The notes below the pieces were generated by a model. The model made no database searches. It was not told the DNA's origin and worked only from the letters and a program-made list of their open reading frames with translations. A DNA stretch of 64,000 bases from contig JALMLS010000155.1 of assembly GCA_038496445.1 (NCBI GenBank), forward strand, positions 158,064 through 222,063, in the 5' to 3' direction. The translations under genes were made by a program, and so were the position numbers. The DNA comes from Trichosphaerium sp. ATCC 40318. Its lineage: Eukaryota; Protista; Tubulinea. This document shows, one piece after another, positions 11,301 to 25,926 of this stretch. Position 1 is the first letter of the stretch. The number at the start of each line of letters is the position of its first letter.

Positions 11301-14131
11301 CCTTTGGAATACCTCTTGGACCTCCACCGCCACCACGTGAGTTATTATTATTATCAAGGGCAGAAAATCGATTCTTTCTTTTGCCTTTTTGAGAAGTTGT
11401 CAGTACATTAATTACCTAAACTAGCACTTGGTGTACCTCCTAGCAGAGCAAGGTCCCTAGACTTTGCAGCAAAAATTCCAGAATTTTTATTTACTTCTCG
11501 GGAAAACAGGAAAACGTGTTGTCGGAATATATGTTTTATCGTAGCAAGGATCTATAGTTGATTGGTTAATTTTCAATGCTAAAGTATAGATAAAAGCGGA
11601 ATAAAATAATTATCCATATGTGCCAACGTACGCCTCCAAATTGCCCTCGTTGGACTGATACGCGATCCCCTTTGTTGATAGAGTTATTTCCGCTGTCAAG
11701 CGTAGTTGAACGCCAGTTCCAATTCTTTTTAACGACTTGCTTTAATTTAACGTCTTTAAGCTGTCCACCTGTATCAAGCACTTGGAAACCATCTCTATCA
11801 ACGCGAACAATGACACCGACGTTTTGTCTAAGTACAAAGAGTAAATTAAGTGATTCGACATCACATGTTCACTGCAAAATCCGTACCCAGAGAATGTGAT
11901 CATATCATGAAGTTCATACTCTCCTAGCTTAATTCTACCAGCAGATACTTCCTCAGATCTTCTCAGATCACCGACTAACGCCTTAAATGTCTTTTTCGTT
12001 ATATCAGTAAGAACTGTAGCCACCTCGCCCTCAAGTGCTACAATATGTCCTGTACTATCCTTATTAGGTCCGTCTAACACTTTAACATGGTTTCCGCGAT
12101 CAAAATGTTTAGCCAATTGAGCAATAGGCAATTCCAATGGGTCCTGGTAAAACCGTTTAGAAGTTGAGAAAGAAAGAGAAGGTAATGACAAAGGTCGTTA
12201 TTTACCGTGAGCTCCTTGTGTTGTGGCATAATAACAACAAGACCAGCAGTCTTATCAACTGACATGACCTTACCAACCAAATTCTTTAATTCACCTTCAA
12301 TAACTCTAACTTTATCGTCCTTCTGGAAGTTGTGTTTTCGTGTTGATGTATTCCTTAGTGCTTCAATATCTGCACTTATTTCGTTTACATCATCATCTAC
12401 CTTTTGGCTTTGAAATTTCTCAAGTTCTTTGAGTGTAGGTGTCACATCTTGCCACATGATACTCTTAATTGGGAACTCTTTGTAAAGAAATCCATTACTG
12501 TATAATTCATCGTTCCATTGATAAAACCGTTTGCCAGTTTCCTTTTGCGATATATATCTACCAGTGTCTCCCATACCATTATCCTGAATTCGAAAGTGTT
12601 AGCAAACAAAAAAAACACAGAAAATACAAGGTAGTTTTCAACAGCAACTAATCACATACACTAAGGTCGTTCTTGCTAAAGAATTTCGCAGCAGGCCGTC
12701 TAGCTTTTGTCTTTCGCTTGCGCTTACGGACTACGCGAGCTGTTTTAATTGCACCATCAACAATGTCTTGTTGTGCCTCTTCATACTGCTCGTCGTCCTT
12801 AAAAATCATAAGTTAGGAACAAAGCCTTGTTAAAGTTTTTTCTTGTGGCGCTGACACTTACCGCCATGTCCTCGTTGTGTTGCTTCCTAGTTGATCGATT
12901 GTAATCAATCCTTGGAATTATACGAATCATAGCTTTGGCAGTTGTATCTTGGAATTGCTCGACTTGTCCAAGATCGCCTTTGTACAAACCTCTCTTTAGC
13001 CTTACCCATTGTCCCTATTTTTTCGTTCAACACCAGAAATACAAATGTACAAATTAAATTAAAAAATCAAACAGCATACGTGTTTTAGCTTTGGTATACT
13101 CTGTGGAATCTTTAGCACTTCGGGCATTTGGTCTAGGCCAACTAGCTTAGGTTTACTCCAAGTTGGAGCCATTGTCAATCCTTCAAGTGCCTACACAAGG
13201 TGAGCAATAGAAACAAATTACTAAAAACCGTACAGCTGATACGTGACTCTCCCTGTGGGCTTCAATATAAATATATCCTTTAATGTGATCCAAGCAAAAA
13301 GCTGAAATAATAGGCAAGGTTATGCCTAATTGTTTCTTGTTCAGGTACTTTTGCATAATACCAACAACTAAAGCGCGCTCTTCACCAACCTTAATAATTA
13401 ATTGAGTATCTCCAAAAGGTCAAGAGAGTAAAAAATATGCGAACAAAGATAATAAATAAATAGCAATCAAACTTGAGTATAATTGTTTGGTTTATCTTTA
13501 CCTTCATTTTGAGATGCCATAATTTTGGATCACGTAGCGTTGGTAATAGGGACTCTTGAGCGACGTTTGGTATTTCACCCTCAGGCATATCATATTCCTC
13601 TTCTTTATCATAGATGCTATAACGATTGGCAATACGCTCTTCGTCTATCTCACCATCGAAATACGTTTCGCGGCGCACTCTGTTTCTTCTCTTATCTAAA
13701 AAATGCATTTAACGATGTAATAGCGCAGATATGACGCCAATTACCTTGCTCAGCGATTGCCTGTAGATAATTGTCATCTGCTACTTCTTTTTCATATTGG
13801 CCTAAATTAATTCGTTAACTCTGCGCACTTGCTTTTCTGACGTTCAAAATAGCGAATAAGACCGAACTTTTCGCGTTTGACCGGTTTTTTGCAAAAAAAC
13901 TGCATTTCAATCATACGCACCTGGTTTGGCCTCCTCGAAGTCATCTGCTTCCACAGCAGCGTCGTCAAAAAAATCAGCTGCTGTTTTCCTTCGCTTGGAG
14001 TCTCGTTCGTAGTCATCCTCCTCATCGTTTGAATCGAACTCTTCGTCCTCATCCTCTGGGTCTGGTACAAAGTTTCCATCATAACCATATTCGAGGTTTG
14101 CAGCATTCAACAGGCGCTGTGTATTAGACAT
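8391..14131 (-). CDS. SPT5: Transcription elongation factor SPT5, about 20 introns
   Basis: Acidic N-terminus, LLPTLRDPKLW, NGN domain (KGYIYIEA), KOW motifs (YKGDLGQV, GNHVKVLDG, KGRWRGYIGIVK..ARVELH), TPG-repeat CTR, C-terminal KOW. Confidence 0.96.
9195..9606 (-). repeat. SPT5 C-terminal repeat region (PxTPG repeats)
   Basis: Many TPG/TP units in ORF 9283-9579 and the flanking exon. Confidence 0.85.
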
Positions 14132-14310
14132 TGCGAAGGCTGTAGTGGTCCAGATATACTGCTATCAACACACGTTGACCTTGACTAGTTAATTTCTCAA
14201 CCGCCGAAAAAAAAACGGTTTGTGAAACACTGCACTTTTCGCTCTTTGTTTTACTAAAAAGCCAAGACAAGGAACTGTAATAATACACTGAAAACGGTTC
14301 TGGTCGCACA
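14132..14310. promoter_or_regulatory. Short bidirectional promoter region between SPT5 and the USP gene
   Basis: Divergent ATGs about 180 bp apart; two AAAACGGTT motifs (14211-14220, 14291-14299). Confidence 0.55.
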
Positions 14311-17300
14311 ATGGGTAACAACGCTTCTCTTTAACGTGCTTACACTATTGTAGCTGACGAGACGGAACCAAAGTACAAGTTTAAGTATCTGTCGTTCCTT
14401 TCAGATGTTAAAGAAGGTATTGACGCCTTCTATTTGCGCATCTGTCAAACCAGGACCAAAATTAGCTATTAACCGAATCTAGGTGCCTCAACTTTATCAC
14501 TTTCTCTTAGTGAAATTGAGGGGGATATTCAAAGCTTAATAAATGATCCCAACAGCCTAAGCGCTGACCAAAAAGAAGCGTTGCTTGAGCAAGTTCTCCC
14601 TGACGCAACTAATGCACTGTTGAATAAATGGTTCTCAAATTTAATAACTGTTTTTGCTAAAACTCACATAGGTACCGCAAAGACAGCAGGAAGCTATACG
14701 TGCGTGTTAATACGTTTATTCAAAACGTTTTGCGCCTCTTGGCAAAGGTTTGCATCCCACCACAAAGTAATGAAGCGCATATAAGCACGTTGGTACGTGT
14801 ATATTGCTTGTTGTAAATAAATAGCTACACTCAATCAAAAGGTTAACGCTCCATTTTCAGGTGTCGATTTTACGCCAAGGACGCTTTTACAATACAGACT
14901 ACATCAAAGAGGATGAGCTTGAAGAAGAGCAGCACGACAATTCGCTAAAACACGGAGATTACGCTGAAATGAAGGTGAGCATTTATTAAAACACAACTTG
15001 TGTTTTTTGGGAGTTGACACGTTTCCTTAATTATGTTTTAGGAGGTCAGAGGTAATTACGCTTATACACCGCGAAACACAGTATCTGTGTTTTATGTTTC
15101 GAATCTGAATGAGTTTGGGAAAGCTGGAGGCTTCGACGCTATTGTGGAGCGCGTCAAGAAAGCCAGCGCTTCGCCAGATTTAGAAATGATAAAGTTATTG
15201 TTAAAATTATTTTACGAGGTACTCCACAAAAACATTAACGTCTGTTGATCACATTATTTAGCTGCGTGAATGGCTTGTTTATTCGTTTAAGAAAACATTT
15301 TTCCCTCGTACGTATTTGTTAATGACTTTCCTAAACATTAGCGACGCTCTATATTGTAATATTACCTCAAGTTTGCTCCTGTTGTTTCTTTGAACAGTTT
15401 TACTTATTAATTTTCCTAGAGATCACTGAAGCTGTTTTTTCAGCTCTTAGAGAGCTTAGTGGAGACGCTTTGAAGCAAATTAAAAAAGCTGACATTCAAC
15501 AAATTGTGTCTTCAGTTGAAGACCTACTAAAGTACGTGACATTAAAACAAAAATTATATTGACAGTAGCTGAAGGGATGTGTCTAATGAGAAGGCTTTCG
15601 AAATGTCTGAGAAGTTTTGTTTGGACTTTGCTTTGAAATGTTTCAATTCCTCTCTATTGGAGAAGAGAATGCAGGGATTAGTATATTTTGAAGAAGCCAT
15701 AACAATGACAAAATCAAAGTAAGTACTTCGTACTGACTGGACTTTATTTTTTATTCATATTTTTTTTAGGGAGAGTTTCAAGGATTATAATGGCATATCA
15801 ATGGGTGAGTTTATTAAGACGTCAAAGTGGATGGATATGAAGTAAGGATTTTTTTGTTTGTATGAATTTCTCATCGTGTCAGGTTCTTGTTGAGTTGGTT
15901 CAAGGAGCAAAAAATTGTTGCGACTCTATTTGGAGAAGGAACTCATGAGTCTCTTATCGAGAAGTCAGGCGATTTGCTTGCTTTTCTAGCTTCTAATCAT
16001 GGTATTTCGGTGGAACACCTTGACATGATTTGGAAAATGACCAGTGTAAGATTATTATCACCGACCATTTGGTGTCTAACACCTTTTTGTAGGACCAATA
16101 CATGGCTAAAGCTGCGTATACCGCCCTTGATAAAATCAGCGAACTTGGGGATAAGACGATGAGTGGGTTTGTTTATGATAAGATTTTGGAGACAAAAGTG
16201 TCTGACTACAAGAAAGAATACCTTGACATTCTTAATTTTTTGTCAAAAAACCCTGTCACTGATGTTGAGGTGCGTCTCTTGTAATAACAAAAATGCAGTA
16301 CTTAGTTGTTACTGGTAGGGCCTTTTATCTTACATGTGGACAATATTAATTGAGCAAGATGACCTTGTATCTCTCCCTTTGAGAAGTTTATGCATAACAC
16401 ATTATGTCAGTATTTTGAAGCAACGTCTACAACCAAAGGTACAAACCTCACTTTGTTCTTCGTTTAAACAAACGTACTAGGCGGCATTGGACTATGTCTT
16501 GCAATGCGTTGACGCACTTGCAAAAGGAATAAAGCCTCTGGATTGTATTAAACTGATACGCGAGGCAGCAAATATTTTTTATCCTAAGGTCTTAAAGCGT
16601 AAATCTGCACCACATGAATCACAAACAGGTACTTCTTCATTCCATTTTATCAATTGTGTCTGACAACTCGTTAGGCATGTTGACTCATTTACATGATTCA
16701 AAGAAATTTTTTGATGTTTTAACTGGCGACTTGTTGTCATATAAAGCAAAGGCCAAACAAAGGTATGTTGAATGGTTTCTTTTAGGTTGGTTGTTGTAAT
16801 TTATTTATAGGATTGATGAAGTTGGTGGTGTGAAGGCCGTTACCTCAGATGATATTTTATTTGGTGCTCATTCGCACAAAGAGAATATTACTCAACGACT
16901 TGACTTCATTTCCTACTTGCTAGAGAACTCCGGAGAAAATTGTGTCCTCACAAAGCCACAAGTGAGTGCCTCTGGATCTAGTATTTTGTAAAAATATGCT
17001 TACAGCCTCTTAGATTCGTCTTGTATGGCAGAGTTTAACCCAGCAGCCACTTACACCTGACGAAATTGATCTATGTTTCAATTGGTTTAGATCTCTTGCA
17101 CAACCAGTCATAGATGGCACTGATGGTGCGTTGATTGCCGAAACATAGTTGTACTCACTCAACGCCTAGAGTTACTTTCGGATGATAATGTGCTGGATAT
17201 TTATGAGAATTTGTTTCTCACCTTACAACCAACGAAATTTACTAAAAATGGCTTCGCCACCTTTATGTACGCCTCTTGTGATTCAACTCTATTTTAGACT

Positions 17301-20300
17301 TACTTTGTGGTAGAAACTACTTTACAGTATCCAACAAATTCAAGAAGAATATCGAGTTAGGAGGGAAGGGATTTATGGTTGTTCATCTCGAAGAGCTTAA
17401 AGGTCTCAGTAATTTGTGGGCAATTACACTTCAAAACCCTTCTCCTGATGTGTTTAAAATGGCCGCTGCTTTTCTGATAAAGTTGCATACAAGAGTGCGT
17501 AAGAGTTGTGATTTGTATTTCTAATATGTTATGTTAGTTATCCAGGCGTTTATATTTAAAGCGTGACATATTATTCAAGGGTTTTGTAGATCAGTGCATG
17601 GTTCATTTGACCAGTGCTGCGGCTACTATCAACCAAAATAGTTCAACTGATAACAAGGTCAATGGTGGCGAAGGAGGTGACTGTAACGACAAGCCAGATA
17701 CCAACGCAGGTTCTGTTGCTATCGTCAATCAGTCTATTATTCTTCTACGCGTGCGTATTTATAGAATCACTTCGTTTTGTTCACATTATTTGCGTTATGA
17801 TGAAAAACTCGACACTGAGATATTTTTTGTTGTTTACAATCAAAGTTATCTAAGACGATAATACTCGTCCTTGTAATGAACAATGTTATTTTTCCTTAAT
17901 TATTGCTGATATTTAGCACATTCTAACATAAATACTAGCAATTTTTGGAAGAAGCAAAGCACGTGCCTGATCCAGCAAAGCTCAGTAAGAACGTACGACA
18001 TATTTATACTATTAGCGTAGCTTACTTTCATTAGTCAGGCAAACCAGTACCTACAGCTAAAGATAAAGAATCCATTGAACTCTTGAAGGGTTTTGTACCA
18101 GATACTTCACCTCTTGTATTACTATTAGCACTCAGAAAGGCGAAAGGCGTTGTTGTACGTTTAGTTGCTTGCTTGCTATTATTGTTTACTAATTATTGCT
18201 GTAGCCAAGAGCAGCTGGGTACTTGTTTGACGAAACACAACGACCGAAGATAGACAAAGAAGCAGCCAAGTTTGAAGATATTAACAAGCCTGTCAAAGTG
18301 GCCAACACAGATATTGTGAGTATATTAAGTGCTGGTGATTACTTCAACAGCTTGTTTGGTCTACTATCTATAGATAATGTCAACAAGAAAGTTGTGTGGG
18401 ATGTTGTTAACAAACTTCCACGTGATCCGAAATTGTTATCAATAATTGAGAACATGGAATCTCCTACTTGGTCTGAAATTCTTAAGACGTCAAGTGTTTA
18501 CAGGCTTCTGTATTCCCTACAAATTCTGGAGTCATGCTTGCTTCAAAACGAGGGTGATACCGAGGTATTTCGTTTCAAATTCTGTGAATGTTAACACGTG
18601 TTTTAGGAAGTTCAGATACGGAAAAAAGAACTATGTGTACAGTTCGTAAAAACTCATGGCTTTGGATATATGCTAAAGGCGTTCACACGTACGTTTTGTA
18701 ACTTGTTTGTTGACTGTTCTATTTTTTTCAAGTTGATGGTTTGAATTTAGATGATGAGTTTATTAAAATGTATCTATCTGGTGGCGATGGTAACACTAAG
18801 GGCGCTGTTCCAAAAAAACGTGTTGTTGGTACCATGTTGCGCATACTACACTACTTTATGGAAGGTAACTAATTATACACCTAAACAGTTTTATTCTTAC
18901 TTTTTTACCTTATTAGATAAGTTGGTGTCTTTATCTTCACTGGCAACGCCTACAGCTAGCAAGGCGCAGCCTAAATTGAAGCTAAGCTCGAGCTCTGGGA
19001 ATATACTATGGTCATCCATAGACTTTGTTCTTCTTTTGAAGATTTTACTTAATTTAATTTGGACTACAGTTGAGAGCGCGTAAGACCTTGCCATTTTGGC
19101 TGATTTATTTTTTTGACTTTTATGTTAGCAAACATATTAAGGACAACATCATAATTGTGGAGTATGCAATGTATTTGGTTGTATCTTCTATTGTGTCTCA
19201 ACCAGAATCACTCTTGATAGAGTTTTATTCTTTAGCTATTAAAACGGTATGTTCGTGAACTTCGGCACTTTTTGACTAAGGGTTTTTTACAGGCTGATAA
19301 AACAATAAATTTGAAGGAATTTATGCTTTTATTGTTGACTGGGTGCAAAGATCGTAAAATATCTTATGTTGCTAATAATGGGTTGTATGAGATGTGCAAG
19401 AGTCTTAATCCTAAGTTTAACCAACTAGGTAGTCATACCTTCTATTCCCTGACACCCATACACTAATATTTCCCTTAGAGCCACCTCGAATCCATTTTTT
19501 GAAAATCATGATCGATAACTTCCCATTCAGTACTAAAGGCGACGAGGATTTGGAACACTACCTTGAGTTACTGTGTAAACTACTATCAGTAAGGGCCTTT
19601 ATTGAGTACTTTGATCTAACTCGTATTGTAGGACGTACTGGGAGACATAGCTATTTCAAAGGAAGACAAAGCAAAACTTGTAACAAATGAGTTTGTTACA
19701 AAGTTGGTAGAAAAAATCATAAGATGTGAAGGTGATGTCTCTGCTTGCCAAGGGCAAAACGTATTTATTGGTGCAATGTCTGTTTTGACTATAATCATAA
19801 AACATCAGAAGGAGCGTAAAGATCACTTGGGTAACAGTGGGTATGTTATTGTTTGCAGCTATTTTTGTTGATTTTGCTTTAGAGATTGCAAGTATGATTT
19901 GGTTGATGAGCTGTTATACGAGTGCCTGTTTTTTAGAGAGAAGACTAGGTTCGGTATGAAAGGCACTGGAACCAAGTGCAAGACACATCGCGCAAGATGG
20001 ACGGCGTTTAATCTTTTGGCTGAATTAGCAAGAGATTCTAAAGAAAATTACTTTAGAGTAATAAAAGCTATGGAAGGATTTGTTATGTCTGGTATGTAAT
20101 TAAACAAATGTCACTAGCCTTGTCATTATATTAATTGAACTCACAATTATTTTCTAGTTAAAAAGCCAATGGGTAAAGAATGGGAGTTGCTAAAGGTAGA
20201 TTTTGATAAGAGTGTAACCGGATACGTTGGTATGTTTTTTTTCAATTATTTTTAATTATGTTGAAGTCTTTTGCTGACATTTGCTGCTTGTAGGTATCCA

Positions 20301-23300
20301 AAACCTTGGCTGCATTTGCTATATGAATTCGCTATTACAACAGTTCTATATGATACCCGAACTAAGGCTAGGAATAATGAATGCTCCAAAGAATGAGAAC
20401 GTCGACAAACAGTACGGATTTATTTTTCAGTATTTTTTTGATGTTTGTCTTCACTTCTGATGTAATGTTAAAGTGACAATACGCTGTTGTTCGAATTGCA
20501 GGAAATGTTTAGCTTCTTACAAGAGAGTACAAGAATGTTCTATGATCCAACAAAAGTGTGTTCCAATTATATAGTCGATGTGCGTTTGTCTTACTAGCTT
20601 CGTCTTATTAATGGCATTTTTAGGGTCGTGCTGTTGAAGTTGGACGACAACACGATGCTGACGAGTTCTTCAACTTATTCACCGATAGGTTGGAAAGGAT
20701 ATTTAAGGGCTCTGAGCAGGTACATTATACTCGCTCGTAAGTATTTCTAAGCTCTTTTTCAGGAGCATTTATTGAATAAAATGTTCGGCGGTACACAACT
20801 ACAAGAATTGATATACACAGTTGGAGGGCAAGAACGTCGGTCTACTCAAGTGTCTCCTTTCATGACACTTTCTTTGGATATACAAAAAAATGATACAACG
20901 CTTCACCAAGCAATGCAAAACTATTTTGCAGGCGAGACTGTAAGTGTTTTGTTAACTTGGCTTACAGCCTAACTAACTTGGCTTTTACCTAGATCAAAGA
21001 TTATAAAACTGATGAAGGTTTGCTTACAGAGGTGTTGAGAAGACCTTCTATTAAGAACCTACCTAATACTCTCATTATTCACTTGAAACGGTTTAAATGG
21101 GAATGGCACAGTACGTTATTGTTACAATCTAGAAAATGTATACGCGACTTATTTCTTTTTCAAAAAGGTGGAGCTGGGAAGAAAGAGAAAATATACGATT
21201 ATCTTTCATTTCCTTTTGAACTGAATGTACACTCATATACTGTGGATGCTGTTCATACAAAGGAGGTAATCTATGCGGACTCTCATCATATTTTGTGCGT
21301 TGCTGTTATTTACTGGATTTTTTACAGGGTTCATCATTGATCAATACTGTTGATCCTTCTCAATGTCAATATGATCTCACTGGCGTTGTTGTTCATTCAG
21401 GAACAGCTGAAGGAGGTCACTACTACTCATTCATCAAAGAACGTACTGAAGTTGCCGAAAAAGCCAAGTGGTTTAAATTTGATGATTCTCGAGTAACTCC
21501 TTTCGACATAACTGTATGGAATATGTGTTCGTCGTTTTTTGCTAAATATACTGTCCTAGAACCTTGGAGATGAGTGTTTTGGTGGCGAAGAGGCCCTGGT
21601 CAGAGGAGTAACTTCTCATAAGAAGAAAAACGTGTACATGTTATTCTATGAGCGTAGAGACACAAACAAGCGATCCATCAAACCTCTCTTGGACCAATTA
21701 CACGCCTCTGTACCTGCGTAAGAATCACGATATGTTCTTTTTTTTTAATGGTGTTAACTCTCGTTCATAGTGATTTACTTGAGCGCATTCGTAAGAGTAA
21801 TGCAGATTTACTCCAAGGGCAACTGCTTAATGAACCAATTTACTTTGATTTCTTGGTTGACTTGTTTGCTGGCTCTATGCAGCACGAACCTTTACTCTCA
21901 ATGTGTAAAGTGCTTGTCAAGAGTAAGTAATATATTATTTAACGTAAGATAATATGAGGTTGTTAACAGAGAACTAGAATGTTCAGAAGATGATGAACGC
22001 TTCACAATGATTAAGATGGCAACAAAATTCTTCAGTGATGTTGGTATGGTGTTTTTTTGTAGTTCCTGTTGCTGTTGTCCTTATTAATAATCTTTTCAGT
22101 TATATGTGGTAAAAATGATATTTCTATATTACAATACATTGAGTTCCTGCATGGTCTATACGCACAACACGTTCCAGTAAGTTATTTCATTGTAATTTTT
22201 TTTTGGTTCTTTTCTGAAAAATATTTTAGGCTTGTAAATGGTTTCTGTACAAGATTAGTACAACACATGACCACTGGTACATCCCACTCATTTATTCTAT
22301 GCGCTCAGTATTGTATTTACTAACGAGACTGTCTCAGGGTTAAATATCTCCTAGTGGAGTGTCCAAAAACTGCTATAAGAGATCATTTTGCATCTTTGTT
22401 GATTCAAATGTTGACAACACTGTCACCTGAAGAAGCAAATATTTTCCCACCTCCTGCTGACGAATGTGTATTTTTGGCTAAAATGGCGGACAGGAAAAAC
22501 CTCCTGAATGGTACACACGACGGCTAGCCAGTGTATTATACCCTTATATTGTTTTAGGCGAATCACCATTTTATTTCAGTGAGGTTGAAATGGAAGAGAT
22601 GAAAGCGAAAGGACCAGAGCTTTTACAAGCTATAGAAAAAGAAAGGCATAAAAAGATGGCTCAACGTATAACCCAACAGGCTCTTAACTTTGATGAGCTT
22701 CAGCATCAATGTGTTTCGGTTATTTTTATGCGTTATATGCTTGATATTGTACGGTCTCTTGTGTTCATGCTGTTGAAGCGTACTCACTTTTTTTGTTTTT
22801 TTTTATAGATGGAGTACACAAGGAAACATTGGAAGCAGTTCCATTCTTACTTCAGAGTTATTAAGGAATTTTCATCAATTGGACATGTTCAGGTTTGTTT
22901 AAATGTTTTGGCCTATCACAACTCATAATTTGGATGTAGCGTGCATATATGCTTTCTCAGAGGATTATAGAACTTCTTATCGACTACTATATGGGTCGAT
23001 ACTCTCCATACCATGAGGTAAAGAACCACAAAACACTTATGTTTATACTTATTCTGTTAAGAACAATAAGTTGTCTACACGTTGTGGCATTCGCGACGAA
23101 AATACACAACCAGACCTTACATATTTGTTTGATACAATAGGCATTGTGATACGTGGTTGTCATACTGGGTATGTTTTGTATAACTTCAATAGTGGATATC
23201 TCATTCTGTTCACTTAGTGCTACCGTGGATATGTTACTTCAAGGTGGTAAGATTCAGCGTGGTTCTATGATGCTTGAATCAAAACCAAACGATGCATATG

Positions 23301-24303
23301 AAGAGGTATTGGCGCCTTTGGAACCAATGGAACGTTACTTGCTAAAAGAGAAGGTGAGATGCAGAGATCAACAACAAAATTATTTCTATATGTTTGTGCC
23401 GTGTTACTTACTCCTTTGATAGCATATGTTCACCTCACTTACAAAGCAAGGGTTTAATGTGAATGTTAACATAAGAATCATTACACATTTGAGTTGGGAA
23501 GACCAAGACTAGTAAGTGTTTGTTAATAATTATAAATCATTGATCAGTTTTCTTACTTGATTCTTCAGCACATACTGGATTTTAGGAATTCTCATGACCA
23601 ATTTTTATAAGTACAGAGATAAAGCTATTATGCAAAATCAGTTTCATTGCATTAGTGGATTATTGAAGGTAACAAGAAAAGGCATCTTCAAAACAGTTAA
23701 AATTCTAACTTTTTTTGTTTGTTGTAGATTGATGACTCACTTTCTTGTTGGCGAACATACTTGGTTCTTAATTGGACTGATGGAATGTTAGCTTTTGTAT
23801 CTAAGGATTACTCAAATTCCGTACGTTAGCTTCAAACTTACTTGGCTTTTACAATTTTTCAAGAAATTCTTTCAAAAAAGTACTAACTTTCTTTTTTCTA
23901 GTATCGAGCTAGTGCTCTTGAAGTGCCTGAACTTGTCCTCACAGTCCTATTCTCTGAGATCTCTAAAAATCCGCGTGTTGCTGCTTATTTATACGACGAG
24001 AAGTCACACTACAGGGACAACTTTATGTCTATTTTAAGGGTACGATAACTTTGCAGGAATCTTATGTCTTTTTTCTTGTCCGATTGTTTATTAACAATGT
24101 TGTCTTAGTTACTTGTTAAGACAGCCGTTCGAGTTGCTAGTGGTACCACAGATAGTGAGTTTGTTGTAAGATCTACAGCATTGTTATCTGGCTGGGAAAG
24201 CTTCTGGAAAGGTGACATGGTTGTTGAGAAAAAATGGGATGGTCATTTCGATTTGAATGCTTTTAAATATAAAGAAGGTATCACGTTGGGGAACAAGAGA
24301 TGA
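14311..24303 (+). CDS. Large ubiquitin-specific protease, USP9X/USP24/USP34 family, about 50 or more introns
   Basis: Cys box GIQNLGCICYMNSLLQQ, QHDADEF, LIIHLKRF, His box VVHSGTAEGGHYYSFI, WFKFDDSRV, YMLFYER; N-terminal LEKRMQG and FGKAGGFD helical region. Confidence 0.9.
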
Positions 24304-24559
24304 TAAAGAGACGAAAACGAAAGACCAAAAATTAGTCGCTGAAACGCTTGACACTTTTTTTTTACACTATTTTTGGCCTTAACGTTGCACACGGCTCGTT
24401 GTACCTCAATAAAAACTTGTTACACTACTCGATCGTGTTAAGTCACCTAAATAATGACGTTGCTTGGCTAAGCCGCGGATAACCACTTACTTTGAACCTG
24501 TTGACCCTGGTGTTCCTGCTAAAACTGTTTTTGTAGCAACAAGTTTGCAAGCGGTTAAA

Positions 24560-25926
24560 ATGGAGCAGAGTCTTATAAATCTACCAGCAGAACTACTCTA
24601 TATTATCTTAAAGGACATAGCAAGGCTCCACATACAATCCTTGATAAATGTAGCTCTAACATGCTCAACGTGCGTAAAATATCGTTCTCGCTAGAACCAC
24701 AAGCTAGAAACGAACAGTAGAAATATTTATACAGTGTTTGTAGGACGTGTAATATTGTATTCCCAAAATCAGTGAACGATGCAAATTCATCCATTGACCA
24801 AACTTTTTATCGATCTATTGCACTTCACCTCGCTTTGTGGAGAAAAAGTGGCGTTGATAGATTCGACGATATACCAAATGTTACAGATTGGCATAGGTTT
24901 CTAATAAATCACGTGAGCTTTATAGCAGTACCGAGTAAATGGAAGACAATGCATTCACGTTTTTTATCAATGTCGATAGATAAAATGATACAACAATCAA
25001 GGCCCAAGGAAGATCAATACGTCGCTTTCTTAGGAGTGAAAACTGAAAACCTCGCTGAAGTTGTGGAATGGTTAAAGATTGGAGAGGTAATCTAGACATT
25101 AAGCTTCAAACAAAAAGTTGTTCATTTTTTTTTACTAAATCTTTAAAGGTGGACAAGGATAAAACAACACCATGGTATGCCACCTTTGGTACGTCAACAA
25201 AATGTATATATTGTTGTGGCTCATATGTTCCCTATGACAGGTTTCCTCCCACCGAATAAATCTCATTTTGGTGAAACACGTGTTACTCCTGCAGCGAGTT
25301 GGGACTGGTCACTAAACGTGAGTATTTGGGTTTTATGTAATTTTATTTTAACTCCCTTTTAAAGATGCCTAAGCCTCTTGCTGTCTATTCCACATACGGT
25401 GGATCTGAGAGGCACTTTTATATGATTTATGAAGATGCTATCAAGTGTAGTTGTGCAGTTGTTATAGTTGTTGATGACCATGCTATACGGTACACTGATT
25501 GTTGGTGCTCAGGTAGTTTTGATACAAAATTATGGCTTTTCTAAGTATTGAAATTAGATAACAAACCAGAGACTCAGGACCTGATTGAAGGAGTATTGAG
25601 GCGTACTGGGCCAGATAAGCCAGTGTTATTGATGGCCTGCAAATCTAAATACATGGCTAAAGAAGAACACTTCACGGCTTCAGAGTGTATACAAAAACTA
25701 AGGCTTACAGACAACAATGTACAAGGCGATACCCTTGATAATTTAATACATGTGACAACAGTAAGTGAAACCTTAAATGAGCAACGTGATAAAGCGATTT
25801 TGTTAACACTTGTAGGTTGATCCGAAAAACGGAAATGGTGTCCGCGAAGGCATGGCTTGGCTATGTTCTGCACTTATGAACATGCCAGGGAGGACATTGA
25901 ATCAGCGGCAATGCGCCATTCAATAG
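24560..25926 (+). CDS. F-box protein with a degenerate Arf-like (pseudo-GTPase) domain and C-terminal CaaX
   Basis: LINLPAELLYII...VALTCS (F-box); VAFLGVKTENLAEVVEWLKIGE; AVVIVVD; PVLLMACK; GNGVREGMAWL; ends CAIQ*. Confidence 0.7.
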
